Shown here in pieces: positions 35,342-45,235 of a stretch of DNA of 64,000 bases (position 1 is the stretch's first letter; each line of letters begins with the position of its first letter). The DNA is taken from positions 17,202 to 81,201 of the forward strand of contig JBEKSE010000002.1 of the NCBI GenBank assembly GCA_049517315.1. Direction: 5' to 3'. Both the position numbers and the translations under genes were made by a program. The notes beneath the pieces are model-generated. The model was given only the letters and a program-made list of their open reading frames with translations. It ran no database searches and was not told where the DNA came from. Source of the stretch: Terracidiphilus sp. (GTDB taxonomy: Bacteria > Acidobacteriota > Terriglobia > Terriglobales > Acidobacteriaceae).

Positions 35342-36421
35342 GTGAGAGGCAGCGCTGACTTCAGTAGAAACAACCTGGATTGTCTTCGACTGATTTTTGC
35401 GACCATGGTTGTTTTTGTGCATATCTATGCTTTGACACACCTCTCTATTTTTTTTGTATTTGACAAGTACGTTTCAGCGGTAATCGCTGTCAGAGCGTTT
35501 TTTGTAATCAGCGGGCTTCTAATTTATCGCAGTTATACCCGTTCATCTTCCATAGGTTCGTACTTCGAAAAGCGGATCAGGCGCATTTATCCTGCCTACT
35601 TCACCAGCGTGATGCTAGCGGCTATTGCGTTGTGTTCGCTGAGCACGTTGCCTATATCGCAATACTTCGGCGTTGGATTCTGGAAATATCTTGGTGCAAA
35701 TCTTTTGTTTCTCAACTTTTTGGTGCCCTCGCTGCCGGGAGTGTTCACGTCGAATACCATGCCAGCCGTAAATGGTGCGCTCTGGACACTCAAGATTGAG
35801 GTCGGCTTTTATTTAATCGTTCCTTTTATCCATTATTTGACAAACCGATTCGGAACCAAGAAAGTTATTGGGATAATCTTCTGCCTTTCTTGCCTTTGGA
35901 AGTACGGCTTTGCATTGCTGGGCGCAATGTATAGATTACCTGCCATTTATACACTGGATAGTGGGCGCAGTTTTTACGCACAGATGGGGGCGCAATTTCC
36001 GGGGCAGCTCTTGTATTTCTGCGCGGGCATCTTGCTTTTGGTCTATTTCGATACGCTAAAGCTTCACTTTTTAAGCATTGCCGGAATTACGATCGGTTTA
36101 TTTCTTCTCGACCATTGGTTCATGAGGGGAAACCTTGATGTTTTCTGGATTTCCGGATTGGTATTTGTCTTTGGCTTTTGGCACTACTTCGGAAACTTTG
36201 CGAGATACGGCGATTTTTCGTATGGCGTATATATTGTTCATTTCCCGATTTTGCAGACACTGATTGCGCTCGGGCTTGCAGGGATGAACCCAGCTATTTT
36301 CCTTCTTGTCAGTCTTTCCCTTATCGGCCTGGCCGGTTTGCTCATGTGGCATCTGGTCGAAAGCAGGTTTTTGAAGAGCAGTTCCCATTACCGTCAGGAG
36401 GCCATCAAGGTACATGGGTAG
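35342..36421 (+). CDS. Acyltransferase family 3 (OafA-like O-acyltransferase)
   Basis: LDCLRL, FFVISG, NGALWTLKIE, DFSYGVYIVHFP, WHLVE; GTG 35342 behind AGGAGG. Confidence 0.9.
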   Translation: MRGSADFSRNNLDCLRLIFATMVVFVHIYALTHLSIFFVFDKYVSAVIAVRAFFVISGLLIYRSYTRSSSIGSYFEKRIRRIYPAYFTSVMLAAIALCSLSTLPISQYFGVGFWKYLGANLLFLNFLVPSLPGVFTSNTMPAVNGALWTLKIEVGFYLIVPFIHYLTNRFGTKKVIGIIFCLSCLWKYGFALLGAMYRLPAIYTLDSGRSFYAQMGAQFPGQLLYFCAGILLLVYFDTLKLHFLSIAGITIGLFLLDHWFMRGNLDVFWISGLVFVFGFWHYFGNFARYGDFSYGVYIVHFPILQTLIALGLAGMNPAIFLLVSLSLIGLAGLLMWHLVESRFLKSSSHYRQEAIKVHG

Positions 36422-36622
36422 GCATCACCGGAGCGAAGGTATTCTTCGTAAATCCGGTGCGCTGGAGGTTTTCGCCATTGTTGCGCATTTACCTCCCGAA
36501 ATGTTCAATTTACCTGCGCTGGCTAGAAATCTCGTCACCTCTCGACTGTATATATCGATGGATTCGGCCCTGCCATTTCGGTTATTCTGATTTTGCCGCC
36601 ACCTTTGATCAGGCCGTTCATT

Positions 36623-38020
36623 ATGGGCTTTGCTTTAAGCGTTTTCTATTTCGTTACGTACTACCTTACGCCCACAACCATGTTCGGGCCGCTGGCGGTT
36701 TACCGCATTGAGCTGATTCTTGCGGCACTAGTGCTGCTCGTCTCGCTGCCTGCGCTGATAAAATCATTCCTCTTCAAGACGCCGCAGTCTTTGGCTTTGA
36801 TCGGATTGGCGTTTGCCGTCTTTCTGTCTGTGCTTATCGCGGTGCATTGGCCCGGAGGAGGCGTTCAGGCATTTCTAGATTTCATCCCGTGCGCGTTCGC
36901 ATATTTTCTTGTGTGTCTGCACTGCAACACGAAGAGAAGATTGCGGGTTATCGTTCTTATGCTCCTGTTCATCTGCCTTTTTGTGATTGCTCATGGGTCT
37001 TTTGATCTGCTTCATGGTGTTCCGCGGAACGGTGCGCCCCAATCGTTAGAGCCAGGGAGTGCGGAATTGGCTTTATGGAATATGAAGCAACCTTACCTTC
37101 TCCCAATGAGGAACCCCACAGGAGAGACGATCTATCGGCTAAGGGGACTAGGAGAGATCAACGACCCGAATGACCTTGGCCAACTGATCGTCTGCGTGAT
37201 TCCGCTGATGTTCATCTTCTGGCGCCCGACGAATGTGCCCCGAAACTTTGTCTTTGTGATCTTACCGGTGTGTTTATTGCTGTACGGGGTGTTCCTGACG
37301 CACTCGCGCGGGGACCTGCTGGCCTTGGTGGCGGTGGCGGTAGTTGCGGCACGGCGGCGCATCGGCGCGCTGCCTTCATTGCTGTTGGGAGGTGGATTGT
37401 TCTTTGCCGCAATGGCCTTGAACTTCACCGGCGGGCGCGGTATCTCTGCCAGTGCGGGCGAAGACCGCACGGCTCTCTGGGGCGAAAGCCTGCAACTGCT
37501 GAAGTCTCATCCGTTTTTTGGCGTAGGATTCGGGCACTTGCCGGGCTATATCGGTCTTACAGCGCACAACTCGGTCGCAGTCTGCCTGGCAGAGCTTGGT
37601 TTATTCGGGTTCTTCTTCTGGTGCCTTTTTCTGTTTCCTACGGTGAGGGACTCCCTGGAGATTGCTTCGCCTTCGAAGATAAGTGAACCAGGACCGACTT
37701 TACCCGAGGAAAGACTCTTTCCAACGACGACATGGAAGATTGAGGATATCGACAAGGCGGAGGTGAACCGCCTGGGTCGTGTGCTGTTTTTGTCGTTGAC
37801 GGGCTTTCTGGTTTCGGCGTGGTTTCTTTCGCGCGCTTTTGTCATGACGTTCTTTCTTTTGGGCGGCATGGCCGAAGTGGTTTTCGAGATGGCTTTGCGG
37901 CGAGGGATGGTTGTTCCCCGAATGCGGCTCGTGCGCGTGCTTCCTTATGCTGGTGGATTGGTAGTCGCGCTGATACTCGTGATGTACATCATGCTTCGAA
38001 TTCTGAATCTGATGCACTAA
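36623..38020 (+). CDS. O-antigen ligase/Wzy-like polymerase family protein
   Basis: Multi-TM; DPNDLG, LTHSRG, R..LWG, HPFFGVGFG, AHNS. Start ATG 36623; the track starts at TTG 36593. Confidence 0.85.
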   Translation: MGFALSVFYFVTYYLTPTTMFGPLAVYRIELILAALVLLVSLPALIKSFLFKTPQSLALIGLAFAVFLSVLIAVHWPGGGVQAFLDFIPCAFAYFLVCLHCNTKRRLRVIVLMLLFICLFVIAHGSFDLLHGVPRNGAPQSLEPGSAELALWNMKQPYLLPMRNPTGETIYRLRGLGEINDPNDLGQLIVCVIPLMFIFWRPTNVPRNFVFVILPVCLLLYGVFLTHSRGDLLALVAVAVVAARRRIGALPSLLLGGGLFFAAMALNFTGGRGISASAGEDRTALWGESLQLLKSHPFFGVGFGHLPGYIGLTAHNSVAVCLAELGLFGFFFWCLFLFPTVRDSLEIASPSKISEPGPTLPEERLFPTTTWKIEDIDKAEVNRLGRVLFLSLTGFLVSAWFLSRAFVMTFFLLGGMAEVVFEMALRRGMVVPRMRLVRVLPYAGGLVVALILVMYIMLRILNLMH

Positions 38021-38103
38021 TTTGAACGGTCGGCAGCTCGCAGCGATCCATGTCTGAAATAGAGGCTTATCAGTGCCGTGCTGTCGGAGGCTAAACAACC
38101 TGA

Positions 38104-39204
38104 ATGAGAATTGCACATGTGGTTGACAGCATGGAGATCGGCGGGGCCGAGACGCTCGTCTCGCAGATGTGCCGCCTGCAGCGGGAGCAGGGCCACGACC
38201 CGCGCGTATACGCAATAGCGTCTCTTGGCCCGCTCGGCGAACAGATGCGAGTCGATGGTTTCGTGGTAAACGCTAACTTGGGTCAGCATTTGCCGGACGC
38301 CACGTGGAGCTTCTTCCGCACATTCAGGGAATCACATCCCGACGTGGTTCACCTTCATAACCCGACGCCGACAGTTTATGCCGCCGTTGCTGCCCGAACG
38401 GCAGGCGTGCCCAGTATTGTGTCGACCCGGCATAGTCTCGTCGGCCTACCGCGCAGGTTCATAGCGGAGTTGAAATATGCCTTTGCGGCGACATGCTGCG
38501 ACTGGGTCGCCGGTATTTGCGATGCAACCGTGAATAACATGAAAAGCATTCACAGTGTCGCGTCCAGAAAGATTGTGCGCGTTTACAACGGCGCGGTACC
38601 TGTAGTGCGCGTGCCGAAAGAACTCTGGCCTCGGAAAGAGGGATTTACGCTGGTTTACGTCGGCAGGCTTGAGCCTGTAAAGAACCATGTATTGCTGCTG
38701 AACGCCTTTCGTATTGCGCTTCGGTCCAGGCCGGACTTACGCCTTTGGATGGTGGGTGATGGAAGCGAACGAAAAGCTTTGGAGAGTTTGGCCACTGAGT
38801 TGGGCATCGATTCCCAAATTAAATTCTGGGGGCAGCAACTCGACGTGGCGCCGTTCTTTTCCGCGGCCGACGCGTTCATTATGTCGTCGAAATCGGAAGG
38901 ATTGCCCATGTCACTTTTGCAAGCCTTCTCACTGGGACTCCCGGCAATCGTGACTGATGTGGGCGGTATGGCGGAAGTTGTACGGCTGGCGCAGGCAGGG
39001 TTCACAGTGCCGGTTTCGGATTGCGCCGGAATGGCTGCGGCGATTCTTCAGCTGGCGGACAGCGACGCGGAACGGAAGCTATTCTCGATGAACGCGGAAC
39101 AGGCGTTCCACTCGCGCTTTGCTTTACAGACTATGGTCGATGCCTACATGGGCCTTTATCGGGACACTTCGCGAGCCCGGCGCGCAGCAAACAACGGAGT
39201 GTAG
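38104..39204 (+). CDS. Glycosyltransferase family 4
   Basis: IGGAET, VVHLH, VGRLEPVKNH, SSKSEGLPMSLLQA (second Glu of Ex7E replaced by Gln). Confidence 0.9.
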   Translation: MRIAHVVDSMEIGGAETLVSQMCRLQREQGHDPRVYAIASLGPLGEQMRVDGFVVNANLGQHLPDATWSFFRTFRESHPDVVHLHNPTPTVYAAVAARTAGVPSIVSTRHSLVGLPRRFIAELKYAFAATCCDWVAGICDATVNNMKSIHSVASRKIVRVYNGAVPVVRVPKELWPRKEGFTLVYVGRLEPVKNHVLLLNAFRIALRSRPDLRLWMVGDGSERKALESLATELGIDSQIKFWGQQLDVAPFFSAADAFIMSSKSEGLPMSLLQAFSLGLPAIVTDVGGMAEVVRLAQAGFTVPVSDCAGMAAAILQLADSDAERKLFSMNAEQAFHSRFALQTMVDAYMGLYRDTSRARRAANNGV

Positions 39205-39287
39205 CAATTTCCCAAAGCTCTGCCTCTATGGCAAATGCCAAAAAGCCTACGGTCTTTTTTGCCCAGAGTTTGTTCTATTGGATCTCG

Positions 39288-40643
39288 CTAGTTCGTGCCG
39301 GGGCTGCCTGTGCGGGACGCGAAGGCGGGGATTAGTCTGCCGACGTTCTCGCAAAGCCAAACAAGAGTGGCGCTCGCCAGGATAATGCACAGGCCTTCAA
39401 CCGGGTAACGAAATCGCGACGATCCCCAGAAGACCAGTGCAGTTAAGACAAAGTGGAACACTCCCAAGTGGACTATCCAGCTTGGATTGTTCGTCCTCAG
39501 GAAATAGATTGCACTAGGAAAGAAACCCAGCGCGAAAAGAACCAAAATCGGTCCCCACGACATCAGTACGCCAACCCGGTAAAGCATCGGGCTTTTCAAT
39601 TGCAGAAACGGGGTCCACGACCGGCGGAACCGTGATTCGACAAGGTACCACAGTTTCTCAGGATGACTGCGCACCCATTTAATGGCCAGCGCTGTTTCGA
39701 CATGATCGCGGATCACCTCGTTGTTTGGCGCGGTAATTTGCGCACGGTACTCTGGAAGTCCGGAGGTCGGATATATCCAGTAGCCATAGTAGAGCGGGTC
39801 GGATGCTATTACTCGGTTGTAACTGCCGAGCAAGACATCTCCTCCCCCCGTTTCGATCAGAACAAATGAATGAAATGTCCAGTAGTTGCGGATCGTCCAA
39901 GGCAGAAGCATGACCAAAGCCACAAGTGAAATGGCTAAGCCGCGGACGATTAGTTGCGGTGTCCTCCGAAATTGCCAAACCGACCACGGGACCATCAGCG
40001 CAACCATCATTATTGCGTTTCCTCGCGTCAGCATGGCAAGACCGAGAAGGACTCCCGCGGCAATAGAACGCGGCCAGCTCGCGCGATCCGCGAATTGCAG
40101 CGAGATCAGGATGAAGCAGCAGAATAGAAAAGTGTACAGTGGCTCAGATCCCAATTGACTCGCGTAAAACAACGCCGTCGGCCACACAGCGTAGATTGCA
40201 GCTGCCAGTAGCGCAACCACAGCGCTGAAGCACTTGCGCCCGATTCCGTAAACAAGCATGATCGTCAGCGTTTCCAGGACACACTGCGAAATTCGCACAA
40301 CGCCATATCGATGTCCAAAGGACCGATACAGACCCGCCCATAGCACCGATGTTCCAGGAGCACGATAGGCTGTCGGATGCTCCAGCAATTGTCCATCGGC
40401 TTTTTTCACGTCGGGGCTGATTCCGCTGAATCCATGTCCCTGGGCAAGATTCCAGGCATAAGAGTCGTATTCGCTGGCATCCGAGCCGAATACGGGCGGC
40501 GTGTCCAATCCACCATGAATCGTTATTGCCATGCGGAGCGCCAACCCCAAAACCATCAGCACAGGCAGGAGTCGTGAAGACAACCACCGTAAACTGCGTT
40601 TACTGGAGTCGTTGCCGGACTGGATTTCATTACTTTGTTTCAT
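39288..40643 (-). CDS. Second GT-C fold membrane glycosyltransferase (ArnT/PMT-like)
   Basis: DASEYD loop, AYRAPG, SEPLY, PWTIRNY, RFRYPVE; start ATG 40643. Confidence 0.8.
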   Translation of the reverse strand: MKQSNEIQSGNDSSKRSLRWLSSRLLPVLMVLGLALRMAITIHGGLDTPPVFGSDASEYDSYAWNLAQGHGFSGISPDVKKADGQLLEHPTAYRAPGTSVLWAGLYRSFGHRYGVVRISQCVLETLTIMLVYGIGRKCFSAVVALLAAAIYAVWPTALFYASQLGSEPLYTFLFCCFILISLQFADRASWPRSIAAGVLLGLAMLTRGNAIMMVALMVPWSVWQFRRTPQLIVRGLAISLVALVMLLPWTIRNYWTFHSFVLIETGGGDVLLGSYNRVIASDPLYYGYWIYPTSGLPEYRAQITAPNNEVIRDHVETALAIKWVRSHPEKLWYLVESRFRRSWTPFLQLKSPMLYRVGVLMSWGPILVLFALGFFPSAIYFLRTNNPSWIVHLGVFHFVLTALVFWGSSRFRYPVEGLCIILASATLVWLCENVGRLIPAFASRTGSPGTN

Positions 40644-40680
40644 AGTCGAGTGAGCTCCCGGATAAAACTTGGAAAACGAG

Positions 40681-41889
40681 CTATGGGACCGAACGATCTG
40701 TGATTGCCCCAACCGGTTGGCTCTGGATGACCGCATGGCGCGCCTTCATCTTGAGAAATGGCGTCTCGAAGTAGCGGTAAGACAGGGCCGCCATGAGGAC
40801 GGTCAGACCGAAGGGTATTCCGAGCTTCAATCCCCCGGTCAGAAAAGCCTGTAGAGCGTAATTGGGAATTTTGGCAAGATTGAGGCTATCAAGCCCGAGC
40901 GCATGCGTGATGGCAAGAGCAAACTCATGATAAACGTAGAGGCCGAACGATATTCGCCCTAGATAGGTGGCCCATCGAGGGAGTAGCTTCGGATCTGCGC
41001 CTAGAAATGCAACGATCAGCAAGACCGCCCCCAGCGGCGCAAGCGCATACGAACCCATGAGCGGCCAGCAACCAGGCGAAACAGATGCGTGGACATAACG
41101 GTAATGCAGTCCATAATCGGAGGCCTCCCAGCAAAGGCACCAACTGATGATCAGGATCAGTCTCTTCCAGGCGGCCATTCGGGGCACACGTCCACGAAGG
41201 ACAAGGCACAACAGGATTCCGGCGGCGAAGCACTCAAACTGAACGAATGAGTCTCCCCAAATCCGATACCATGTTGCCGATGTTCTGCCGAAGTGATAGA
41301 GTTCAGCGCTGGCAACAACAATCAGCAAAGCACAGAATCCATAGAGTAACTTGCGGTTGAAGCATTTCACGGCCCACGGGGCGAGAAGGTAGAACTGTTC
41401 CTCGACAGAGATGCTCCACAGAGGGGCGACAGGGTTGCCAATAAAACCATAAAGAGAGCTATGCCAGGCGCCCATGAAGATGGCAAACCAGCCGATGCCA
41501 ATGATTTCGCTGCGATCGCCGCCAGGCAGAAACGCAAATATCACACCGAGGGTCAGTGCAAAGTAATAGAGCGGCCAAATTCGCAAGATGCGCCGAATAT
41601 AGAACTGTTTGATCCCGACGGTACCGGCAATCTCGCGCTCACGAATCAATAGTTCGCAAATGAGGAAGGCACTGAGGGTAAAGAAGAGGCTGAGCCCGTA
41701 CCTGGTGACGGCGAGAGAACCATAGAATGCGGGAGCTAAGCCCCGAAGGAAGTGATCAACGAAGACGCTGGGATGAGTCTTCGTTGGCAACGTGTGGTTA
41801 AAGAATACAAGTAAATACGCGAGAAAGCGAAGGACATCCAGCTCCGGGCGATAATATCTGCTCACCGGCACCGATGCACCGCTTCTCAC
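40681..41889 (-). CDS. Acyltransferase family 3
   Basis: YRPELDVLRF, FFTLSAFLI, RRILRIWPLYY, LWSISVEEQFY, ISFGLYVYH, SYRYFETPF. Confidence 0.92.
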   Translation of the reverse strand: MRSGASVPVSRYYRPELDVLRFLAYLLVFFNHTLPTKTHPSVFVDHFLRGLAPAFYGSLAVTRYGLSLFFTLSAFLICELLIREREIAGTVGIKQFYIRRILRIWPLYYFALTLGVIFAFLPGGDRSEIIGIGWFAIFMGAWHSSLYGFIGNPVAPLWSISVEEQFYLLAPWAVKCFNRKLLYGFCALLIVVASAELYHFGRTSATWYRIWGDSFVQFECFAAGILLCLVLRGRVPRMAAWKRLILIISWCLCWEASDYGLHYRYVHASVSPGCWPLMGSYALAPLGAVLLIVAFLGADPKLLPRWATYLGRISFGLYVYHEFALAITHALGLDSLNLAKIPNYALQAFLTGGLKLGIPFGLTVLMAALSYRYFETPFLKMKARHAVIQSQPVGAITDRSVP

Positions 41890-42043
41890 GGAGAGGCTCC
41901 TTTCTGACCTCAGACTCCCGTAAATGGAACTGCTCGTAAACCACTTCTTAGAGGGAGAATCGGCCGATTCGATACTGACTGCGTGTTATCACGGGCATTC
42001 TGACAAACCATCTGGACCGACGGTGCTGAGCCACGGTTTATGG

Positions 42044-42829
42044 CTAACGTCCCTTCCGTTCGGCGGCGCGCTGTACGCTTCCGGCCTCAGGGAGTACGCG
42101 AAAAGAGTCATCGAGGCTGCATAGAAAGTTGAATCGCAAGATATACCAGACCGCCGCGAGGCCATCTGTCATCCCGATCTTCTTGCCCTGCTCGTAAGTT
42201 CGTCCGTGGTAGGAAATTGGCACCTCGTAGATCGAGACGCCAAGTTTGGCCACTTTCGCGGTGACTTCAATCTCGAAACCAAATCCGGAGCTAGTAATCG
42301 TCATGTTGCGAATAATCTCGCCACGAAACGCCTTATAGCAGGTTTCGACATCTGTCATGTTGACGTTCGTGCACAGGTTTGAAAGAAATGTCAGCCCTTT
42401 GTTGGCGAGGTAGTGATAGAAGTAGAGCACGCGCGATGCCTTGCGCACCAGAAAGCGCGAGCCGTAAACCACATCCGCGTAGCCTTCCACGATGGGTGCA
42501 ATCACGTCGCCGATTTCCGCGGGGTCGTATTCCAGATCGGCATCTTGCACGATGACGATCTGCCCCGTAGTCAATGCAAAACCCGTCTTCAGCGCTTCGG
42601 TCTTGCCCATATTCCTGGGATGGTGGGCGACTTTGACCGTCGGGTGCTCCGCGGCCAGCCGGTCGGCGATTGCCGGCGTTCCATCGGTGGAACAATCGTC
42701 TACGATGATGATTTCGCCGGCATTTGGAACCGCAATCAGGCGCGCCACGATTTCAGGCAACGTGGCTTCTTCGTTGAAGGCCGGAACAACAATGGAGAGT
42801 AGCGGCCGGTACTCGGCTGGAGTACTCAT
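42044..42829 (-). CDS. GT2 glycosyltransferase, polyprenol-phosphate (DPM synthase/GtrB-like)
   Basis: VVPAFNEE, VDDCSTDGT, QDADLEYDP, VVYGSRF, DVETCYK, EVPISY. Confidence 0.9.
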   Translation of the reverse strand: MSTPAEYRPLLSIVVPAFNEEATLPEIVARLIAVPNAGEIIIVDDCSTDGTPAIADRLAAEHPTVKVAHHPRNMGKTEALKTGFALTTGQIVIVQDADLEYDPAEIGDVIAPIVEGYADVVYGSRFLVRKASRVLYFYHYLANKGLTFLSNLCTNVNMTDVETCYKAFRGEIIRNMTITSSGFGFEIEVTAKVAKLGVSIYEVPISYHGRTYEQGKKIGMTDGLAAVWYILRFNFLCSLDDSFRVLPEAGSVQRAAERKGR

Positions 42830-42964
42830 TCAATATCTCCGTTCACAATATCGCTGGCACAAGAATCGTCCAGAACATACTGACTGCCTTTATTCTCAAC
42901 AGCGCGTAGCCTTCGTTCACACGGCGATTCCGCTAAGATTGAGCCGGAATAGGCTTCTTTAGCG

Positions 42965-43969
42965 TCACTGATTTAGCACGCAGTCATCGGTCAACCGGAT
43001 TGGCGTTCCCATATCGAGGACTTCAAAGTCGGTTACTTTCAGATCCTGCAAATCATGGGCGCCGAAATCCATGTCTGTGTACTTTGCAGTTGTATCTTTG
43101 TCGTTCTGGGCTGTGAGTGCCATATTGCCACCATCAGACAGGAACATGCCATATTTCTGCATGGCTCGCGCAACGACCTGTGCCGCAGGCGTCAACTGCG
43201 ACATGTCAAACGAGGCTTTCAGGCGGAAGTGAGCGCCCATGGGTGGAGCGGTAACGGGCCCACGCGGAGCGCCGGCGTGCGTGGCTGGATGCACAAAAAC
43301 GTGCGCTCGAATTCTCGGATTGGGAAGAATGAAGCGAATGGCGTGGTCGATGTGCCCTGCGGCTAATTCGTCGGCGTTGAAAAGCAGCGGAGCAATCGGG
43401 AAGCCGGCTGCGTCGGCGCTGGTACACTGATCTCCGCGCCCTGACGGTGGATAGACACGGCTGAGGTCCCATACCGCGACAAATTGTGCTGTAACGGAAT
43501 TCTCGTCAACATGGGTCGAGTAAGTTTCGTAGAGTTTGTTGTGGCTGCGGTCGACTACCATGAGCTGGCAGTCGCCCTCGCACGATTCCAAGCCGCTTCC
43601 GGGTGGAAGGGGAATGGTTGTTATGTTGTCGGAATCCCCGGCCATAAACCCCGGAGCTTTACGAAAGGGAACCCGCCGGGTGGTAGCATCCGCCCGCAAC
43701 ACCCGCATGCCGAATTCGACGTTCATCTTTCCGAATCCCCACCCGCCCGCATCCGCGAGCCAGGAAATGATTGTGGAGGACTGAGGATCGAGGGGCGCGT
43801 GACTTATGTCCTTTGTCCAGACGGAGCCTGGGGGAAAGTAGGGCTTAGGCGCAACGACATGCTCCAGCTTTGCCGCCCTGACATTGACGATGTGATTGTG
43901 AAGACCGTAGCCGGTAGCGATGGCTCCGATTCCCAATATGGAGATGAACAGAACCTTCGAGTGTTTCAT
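42965..43969 (-). CDS. Exported/anchored conserved hypothetical protein
   Basis: N-terminal hydrophobic segment; motifs GDCQLMVVD, LYETY, TSADAAG, HAIRF, YGMFLSD. Confidence 0.7.
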   Translation of the reverse strand: MKHSKVLFISILGIGAIATGYGLHNHIVNVRAAKLEHVVAPKPYFPPGSVWTKDISHAPLDPQSSTIISWLADAGGWGFGKMNVEFGMRVLRADATTRRVPFRKAPGFMAGDSDNITTIPLPPGSGLESCEGDCQLMVVDRSHNKLYETYSTHVDENSVTAQFVAVWDLSRVYPPSGRGDQCTSADAAGFPIAPLLFNADELAAGHIDHAIRFILPNPRIRAHVFVHPATHAGAPRGPVTAPPMGAHFRLKASFDMSQLTPAAQVVARAMQKYGMFLSDGGNMALTAQNDKDTTAKYTDMDFGAHDLQDLKVTDFEVLDMGTPIRLTDDCVLNQ

Positions 43970-43987
43970 AACGGCCTGATGCTCCTC

Positions 43988-45235
43988 TCATCGATTTGAG
44001 TCTTTCAAGGGAATTCTACACTGGTCATCTGCCGCGGTAGCTTCGACTGGTTCCGGCAGAGTGGGGTTCGCCGTTTCAGTAACTGAGGACAGCTCTCCTG
44101 GCTCATTAGAAGTCCATATCTTCCACAGCGGGCCGCGCGTGAAGATAAATCTGTAAAGACCTACCACAGCGGCCGCTTTGAGTACGAGCATCGCACTGGC
44201 AGGCGCCGCAACGCGATGCAGTACGGGTATCCTGTAATGCAGCCCGGCGATAGCGATAATCAAACCGAAAATCTGAAGCGCGGCGAATGCGGCAAAGAAA
44301 AGTGATCCGCCCGAAAGAGCCAATGTCGAGATGAATAGAAGAATCAAAAGGTAAGGCGCCACGAGGCGCATGACCTTGTGAGAAACAAGCTGAAAGAGAA
44401 CTGGATTCCACGGAGAAAGCGTCCAGGGCGCAAGACGAAAGAGCTGGAAGTTCCCCGCAAGCGTGCGCACCTTGCGATGAAACTCTTCTCCAATTTTCTC
44501 GGGCCAGACGTCGTAGACATAAGCATGCGCGTCAAGGACAGACCGATAACCCTGGCGGATAATCGAAAGCGGCTGAAACATGTCATCGAGGATCATCCCG
44601 GTTGGCTGCTGCACGGCAAGCTCGCGGCGAATCGCGTAGAAGCCACCATACACGCCTACCGGAGAACCGCAAATCGACTCACATGTCCTGATCCACTTTT
44701 CATAACGCCAATAGAACCCGCTGACAGCCGCGGATGCCTCGTCGTGAGTTCCACTGCGCAGAATCAGTTCACCGGCTACGCAACCGACCTTCGGGTCGGC
44801 GAAGTTACTGACTAGTTGTTGAATCGCGCCTGGAGCAATCTCCGGCCGGATGTCCACGAAGAGGATCACTTCTGCCGTGGCTTTCGCTACTCCGGCGTTT
44901 ACGGCAGCCGCCTTGCCGCGATGCTCAGCAAGAATGACCGTGGTGAGACGCGGATGGTGCTGGCAGGCCAGCAACTCCATCGTGCCGTCGGTCGAGCCGT
45001 CTGAAACGATGATGATCTCTTTGATGCCGGGATAATCAAGACCGAGCAGATGCTCGATCTTGCGCGGGAGCAGCGCGGCGCCATTGTGCACCGCAAGCAC
45101 CACACTCACGCTGGGAGAGATCGTGCTGACAAGCCAGGGCCGTGGGCACAACCGAGCTAGCATCCACATCAGCACGGGATAGCCCACGTAGGTGTAGAGG
45201 ATGCCGATCATCGACAGCCAGAAGACAATCCTCAC
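43988..45235 (-). CDS. GT2 glycosyltransferase with C-terminal TM helices
   Basis: VSDGSTDGT, GKAAA, FVD, GGFYAIRR, DDMFQP, RKVR. Confidence 0.9.
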   Translation of the reverse strand: MRIVFWLSMIGILYTYVGYPVLMWMLARLCPRPWLVSTISPSVSVVLAVHNGAALLPRKIEHLLGLDYPGIKEIIIVSDGSTDGTMELLACQHHPRLTTVILAEHRGKAAAVNAGVAKATAEVILFVDIRPEIAPGAIQQLVSNFADPKVGCVAGELILRSGTHDEASAAVSGFYWRYEKWIRTCESICGSPVGVYGGFYAIRRELAVQQPTGMILDDMFQPLSIIRQGYRSVLDAHAYVYDVWPEKIGEEFHRKVRTLAGNFQLFRLAPWTLSPWNPVLFQLVSHKVMRLVAPYLLILLFISTLALSGGSLFFAAFAALQIFGLIIAIAGLHYRIPVLHRVAAPASAMLVLKAAAVVGLYRFIFTRGPLWKIWTSNEPGELSSVTETANPTLPEPVEATAADDQCRIPLKDSNR

